Shown: positions 60,385 to 64,000 of the stretch, one piece after another
Numbering within the stretch: position 1 is the first letter of the stretch
Layout: each line of letters opens with the position of its first letter
DNA from: Gemmatimonas sp.
GTDB taxonomy: Bacteria > Gemmatimonadota > Gemmatimonadetes > Gemmatimonadales > Gemmatimonadaceae
Direction: 5' to 3'
Length of the DNA: 64,000 nucleotides
Assembly: GCA_031414535.1 (NCBI GenBank)
Contig: JANNVQ010000029.1
Coordinates: 64,001 to 128,000, forward strand
Position numbers and translations under genes: made by a program
The notes under the pieces: generated by a model
Told to the model about the DNA's origin: nothing
Database searches by the model: none
Seen by the model: the letters and a program-made list of their open reading frames with translations, nothing else

Positions 60385-61665
60385 ATGCCTGCCATCCCTC
60401 GCCGTGCTGTCTGGAGCTGGATCCTCTACGACCTCGCCAACACCATCTTCTCGATGGGCGTTGTCTCGCTGTACTTCTCGCTGTGGGTGCGCGATGCCGT
60501 GGGTGCCGAACGGGCAGACACGGTATACGGCATCATCACCGCAGTATCGATGGGCATTATCTTCGTGATCTCGCCCCTATTGGGAGCGATGACGGACCGT
60601 GCGGCCCGCCGGATGCCGTTCCTCATCACCAGTACCGTGATTTGCGTGGCGCTCACGGCGGTGCTCGCCCGCGGTGGCTATTGGGTCACGATGCTGGCCT
60701 TTGTGCTGGCTAATGCCGCCTACCAAGCCGGCCTGCAGTTCTACGATGCCTTGCTGCCAGAGGTGACCACCGAGGAGAACCGCGGTCGCATCTCGGGTAT
60801 GGGGGTGGGCATCGGCTACCTCGGCTCATACTTCGCCGTCGGCATTGGCTTCCTGCCGCAGTCATCGGACAAGCCGTTTCTGTTCACGGCCATCGCCATC
60901 GCGTTCTTGGCGCTGAGCATCCCCTGCTTCCTGTTCGTGAAGGAGCGCGGCAATCCCAATCCGCGTCCGGTCTTTGGACTCGCGGTCATCAAGGACAGCA
61001 CGAAGGAAACGTTGCGCACGTTGCGCAGCGGCGGCGAGTATCCGGGATTGATTCGATTCTTGGTGGGCCGCGTGTTCTACACGGACGCCATCAACACCGT
61101 GATCAGCATCATGTCCCTCTACACCGTGAATGTGGTGGTGCAGTCTGGCCTGCCCACGTCCGAGGGCGAAACGAAGGCACGTTTCATCATGCTCGCGGCC
61201 ATCTCCTTCGCCGTGATTGGTGGATTCGTGTGGGGCCATCTCGTTGATAAGCTCGGACCCAAGCGCACGCTTGACTACGTGCTCTGGCTCTGGGTCGCGA
61301 CGTTTCTCGGCGCCGCGTCCGTCGGTTTGTTGGGCCTCCCGTGGCAGACCTTGTTCTTGGTGGCGTCAATGGCCGGTGTAGCACTCGGCGGCATCTGGAG
61401 CGCGGATCGGCCACTCATGCTACGCCTGACGCCCCCGGATCGCATCGGCGAGTTCTATGGCCTGTACGGGATGGTGGGGCGGTTTAGCGCGATCACGGGC
61501 CCCGTGATATGGGCCTTCGTCGCTTGGCTCTGCATCGGCAAGCTGGGCATGTCGCCGGCCAAGGGTCAGGGTATCGGCGTCCTGGTGTTGCTGAGCTTCA
61601 TTTTTGTGGCGCGGGCGATTCTTGGGCCGGTGACGGATACGCCACGGGAATGGAAGAAGACGTGA
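60385..61665 (+). CDS. MFS transporter (UMF1/ATG22-like)
   Basis: WILYDLAN, YDALLP, GEFYGLY; about 12 TMs. Confidence 0.85.
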   Translation: MPAIPRRAVWSWILYDLANTIFSMGVVSLYFSLWVRDAVGAERADTVYGIITAVSMGIIFVISPLLGAMTDRAARRMPFLITSTVICVALTAVLARGGYWVTMLAFVLANAAYQAGLQFYDALLPEVTTEENRGRISGMGVGIGYLGSYFAVGIGFLPQSSDKPFLFTAIAIAFLALSIPCFLFVKERGNPNPRPVFGLAVIKDSTKETLRTLRSGGEYPGLIRFLVGRVFYTDAINTVISIMSLYTVNVVVQSGLPTSEGETKARFIMLAAISFAVIGGFVWGHLVDKLGPKRTLDYVLWLWVATFLGAASVGLLGLPWQTLFLVASMAGVALGGIWSADRPLMLRLTPPDRIGEFYGLYGMVGRFSAITGPVIWAFVAWLCIGKLGMSPAKGQGIGVLVLLSFIFVARAILGPVTDTPREWKKT

Positions 61666-61724
61666 GAGGTAAGAGGTGAGACGTGAGAGCCTACCTCGCG
61701 TCACCTCTCATGTCTCATGTCTCA
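61662..61724. repeat. GTGAGAC/GTGAGAG heptamer hairpin between convergent genes
   Basis: gtgagag gtaagag gtgagac gtgagag / ctcatgt ctcatgt ctcat. Confidence 0.7.
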
Positions 61725-62261
61725 TTACGGTGCAATAACCTCATACCCCTGCGTCGCCAGAATCGCGTGCGCGGTGCCCGCCGTTGTCGCGACCTTCACA
61801 AAGGGCAATAGCTCGGCACGCGGCACGTTGCGGTTGATCAGGGCCTGACCGCAGACGATGATCTGCACGCCGGCCTCGTGGAGCGCGGTGAGCAGTGCGA
61901 TGCTGCCGTTGTCCGCGCCAGTGCGCGTCTTGTAGGCGGCGTTGTTCATGAGCGAGGGCGTTGCTGTGCCGTGCACGATGATGGCGAGCTTGACGTTGCT
62001 GCGCGAGACGCCGTTGGCGTCCATCAAGCGGAAGAAATTCGCCGGCGTCCGAAATCCATCAGCAATGCCGCTCGGCTGCTCAGGAGCGACCGTCACGTGC
62101 CACGCCATCTTATACACGAGGTCCCGTGGCGCCGCAAAATCCGGATCAGTGATGGCGGGCGTGCCGCCAATCTGGCGAATCAATGCTTCGCCGGTCTGCG
62201 CGGAGACTTGCAGGGGCGCGACGAGCAGCGCAGCGACGCAGAGCAGTTTGGTGCGAATCAT
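61725..62261 (-). CDS. exported DsrE family protein
   Basis: AIIVHG, GVQIIVCGQA, QGYE; signal peptide from ATG 62261. Confidence 0.75.
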   Translation of the reverse strand: MIRTKLLCVAALLVAPLQVSAQTGEALIRQIGGTPAITDPDFAAPRDLVYKMAWHVTVAPEQPSGIADGFRTPANFFRLMDANGVSRSNVKLAIIVHGTATPSLMNNAAYKTRTGADNGSIALLTALHEAGVQIIVCGQALINRNVPRAELLPFVKVATTAGTAHAILATQGYEVIAP

Positions 62262-62299
62262 CGGTGAGGTCCGGTGTGGGTGACGTTGCAAGCTAGCGC

Positions 62300-63394
62300 T
62301 TACGGCGGCGACCAGCGAAGGCGAGCTGCGGTTGGCGCCTTGAGACTGCCGAGCCAAAGCCAGCCTTCGGTCTCAAGCGCCGAGGTGAGTGAGGGGAGCT
62401 TGCCGCTGGGGTCCTGCAGGTCGGCGACCACGCGCCAGGTGGAGTCCACGGCGACAAGGTGCCCGTAGTTCTTGGGGCCGGGTCTGAGCGCGGCGGGTAA
62501 CCGTAGCAAGACTTTACGCAGCATCGGCTTGTCGGCCATCCAATCAGCGATGCCGCTGCGCGGGGACACCAAGGCAATCCAATAGCGACCGTTGAGACCG
62601 CGTCGCAGGTTGTCCGGAAAGCCAGGAAGGTCGGTCACCACGGCTTGCATGGCGCCGCGCGCCACACCACTGCGTTCGATGCGCAGCACACGATAGTTGC
62701 CCATCTCATTTACGAGCAGGGCAGCACCATCGTGGGTCACGGCAATGCCATTGGGGAAGACCAAGCCGCCAGCAATCTCGGAGGTGGCCCCGCTGGCTGG
62801 ATCGTACTCAATCACCCGACCGTTGCCGCGATGCTCCACGACCTCAAGGATGCTGGCGTCCAAGGCATCGTACTTGGGCCAGTAGAACTTTGTCGACGCA
62901 TCGGTGAAGTAGACACGGCCATCCGGGGCAACATCCACATCATCCGCGAAGCGGATGGGACGTCCTGCGGCCTCCGTGGCCATTACGAGCACGGCGGCGC
63001 TCGGGGAGACCGTCAGGAGGCCGCGGCGGCCATCGGCCACCCAGAGCGTACCGCTGGAATCGAAGGCCATCCCAAGTGGACGCCCTCCGGTGTTGGCCCA
63101 GCGTTGCGGGTTTTGGCCCGTGGAGTCTAGGCGGAGAATCCAGCCGCTGTACGTGGAGAGGTAGAGGCGCCCCTCGCGGTCCCTCGCGATGGCCTCGGGG
63201 CCGATGTCCTCGCCGATAGGCAAGAGCTCCATCGGGCTCAACTTCTCGTTTGCCTCAAACACACCCGTGTAGCGAGGATTGTGCGGGGCCTCCCAGCCCA
63301 CGGGGGCGATGGGCACCGGCCAGGCTAGTAGGTAAGCCAAGAGCAGCAGGAAGAGGCCGCCGAGGACCGCCTGCGCTTTTCGGGGACGGGTCAT
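62300..63394 (-). CDS. strictosidine synthase-like (SMP-30/gluconolactonase) protein
   Basis: GPE, GRPLG, YFTDAS, FPNG, LPGFPDN; N-terminal TM. Confidence 0.88.
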   Translation of the reverse strand: MTRPRKAQAVLGGLFLLLLAYLLAWPVPIAPVGWEAPHNPRYTGVFEANEKLSPMELLPIGEDIGPEAIARDREGRLYLSTYSGWILRLDSTGQNPQRWANTGGRPLGMAFDSSGTLWVADGRRGLLTVSPSAAVLVMATEAAGRPIRFADDVDVAPDGRVYFTDASTKFYWPKYDALDASILEVVEHRGNGRVIEYDPASGATSEIAGGLVFPNGIAVTHDGAALLVNEMGNYRVLRIERSGVARGAMQAVVTDLPGFPDNLRRGLNGRYWIALVSPRSGIADWMADKPMLRKVLLRLPAALRPGPKNYGHLVAVDSTWRVVADLQDPSGKLPSLTSALETEGWLWLGSLKAPTAARLRWSPP

Positions 63395-63440
63395 AGTTTG
63401 AATGTAGCGCCAATTTTCACCGTCAAATCAGGGCTTCCCC

Positions 63441-64000
63441 GTGCTGAATCGCCGAGACCTCGCATTCCTCCTCTATGAACTTCTTGGCGCCGACGAACTG
63501 GCGGCGCGTACACGATTCAAGGACCAAGGCCGCGAGGTCTACGACGCGGTGCTCGACACCGCCGAGGGCGTAGCGCGGGACTTTTACGCCCCCAATCGCA
63601 AGGCCAACGATCAGCAGGAGCCAGAGGTCCGAGACGGCCAGGTCGTCCTACAACCCGGCGTGAAGCCGGCCTGGGATGCTACGGCGGAATCGGGTATCAT
63701 AGCGGCGACTCATGATGAGGCGCGCGGTGGATTGCAGCTGCCACACGTGATCGCCGGCGCGGCCATCGCACATTTGGAAGCGGCCAACATCGGCACTGCG
63801 AGTTACCCGATGCTGACCGCCGGCGCGTCCAACCTCATCAACGCCTTTGGCGCTGAAGATCAGAAGCAGCGTTGGCTGCCACCGATGCTCACAGGGCGCT
63901 TCTCCGGCACGATGGCACTCACCGAGCCCGATGCTGGATCTTCGCTCTCGGACATTCGCACCAAGGCCATTCCTCAGTCCAACGGCACGTATCACATCGA
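63441..64000 (+). CDS. acyl-CoA dehydrogenase (truncated by window edge)
   Basis: Own translation from GTG: MLNRRDLAFLLYE...GGLQLP...GTMALTEPDAGSSLSDIRTKA. Confidence 0.88.
   Translation, partial: MLNRRDLAFLLYELLGADELAARTRFKDQGREVYDAVLDTAEGVARDFYAPNRKANDQQEPEVRDGQVVLQPGVKPAWDATAESGIIAATHDEARGGLQLPHVIAGAAIAHLEAANIGTASYPMLTAGASNLINAFGAEDQKQRWLPPMLTGRFSGTMALTEPDAGSSLSDIRTKAIPQSNGTYHI

Overview
GC-rich bacterial chromosomal segment, probably Gemmatimonadota (inferred from gene content and RpoB/RpoC insertions; not checked by search). The left part holds housekeeping and accessory genes: an AAC(6')-type GNAT, argJ, a decayed HDOD gene, a TPR/transglutaminase/ABC operon, uvrA, a run of exported amidohydrolases/peptidases and a MazE/MazF-type TA pair. 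The middle has a cyanophycin operon (iadA-cphB-cphA plus a CphA-like protein lacking the ATP-grasp domain), sdaAB/sdaAA, pspA and cysS. The right part has a Thr-Tyr-Gly-Thr tRNA cluster without tuf, rpmG-secE-nusG-rplKAJL-rpoBC, a hybrid kinase and small enzymes. The most unusual signal is a 594-bp cassette (34795-35388): a four-helix-bundle (bAvd/23S-IVP-like) gene enclosed by ~83-bp inverted repeats made of GAAGAGC-type heptamers. Related heptamer arrays recur across the window, as a solo arm in the tRNA spacers and as empty hairpins after nusG, rpoC, the tRNA cluster and between convergent genes. Many genes also appear leaderless, with TAnnnT 6-8 nt before the start codon.
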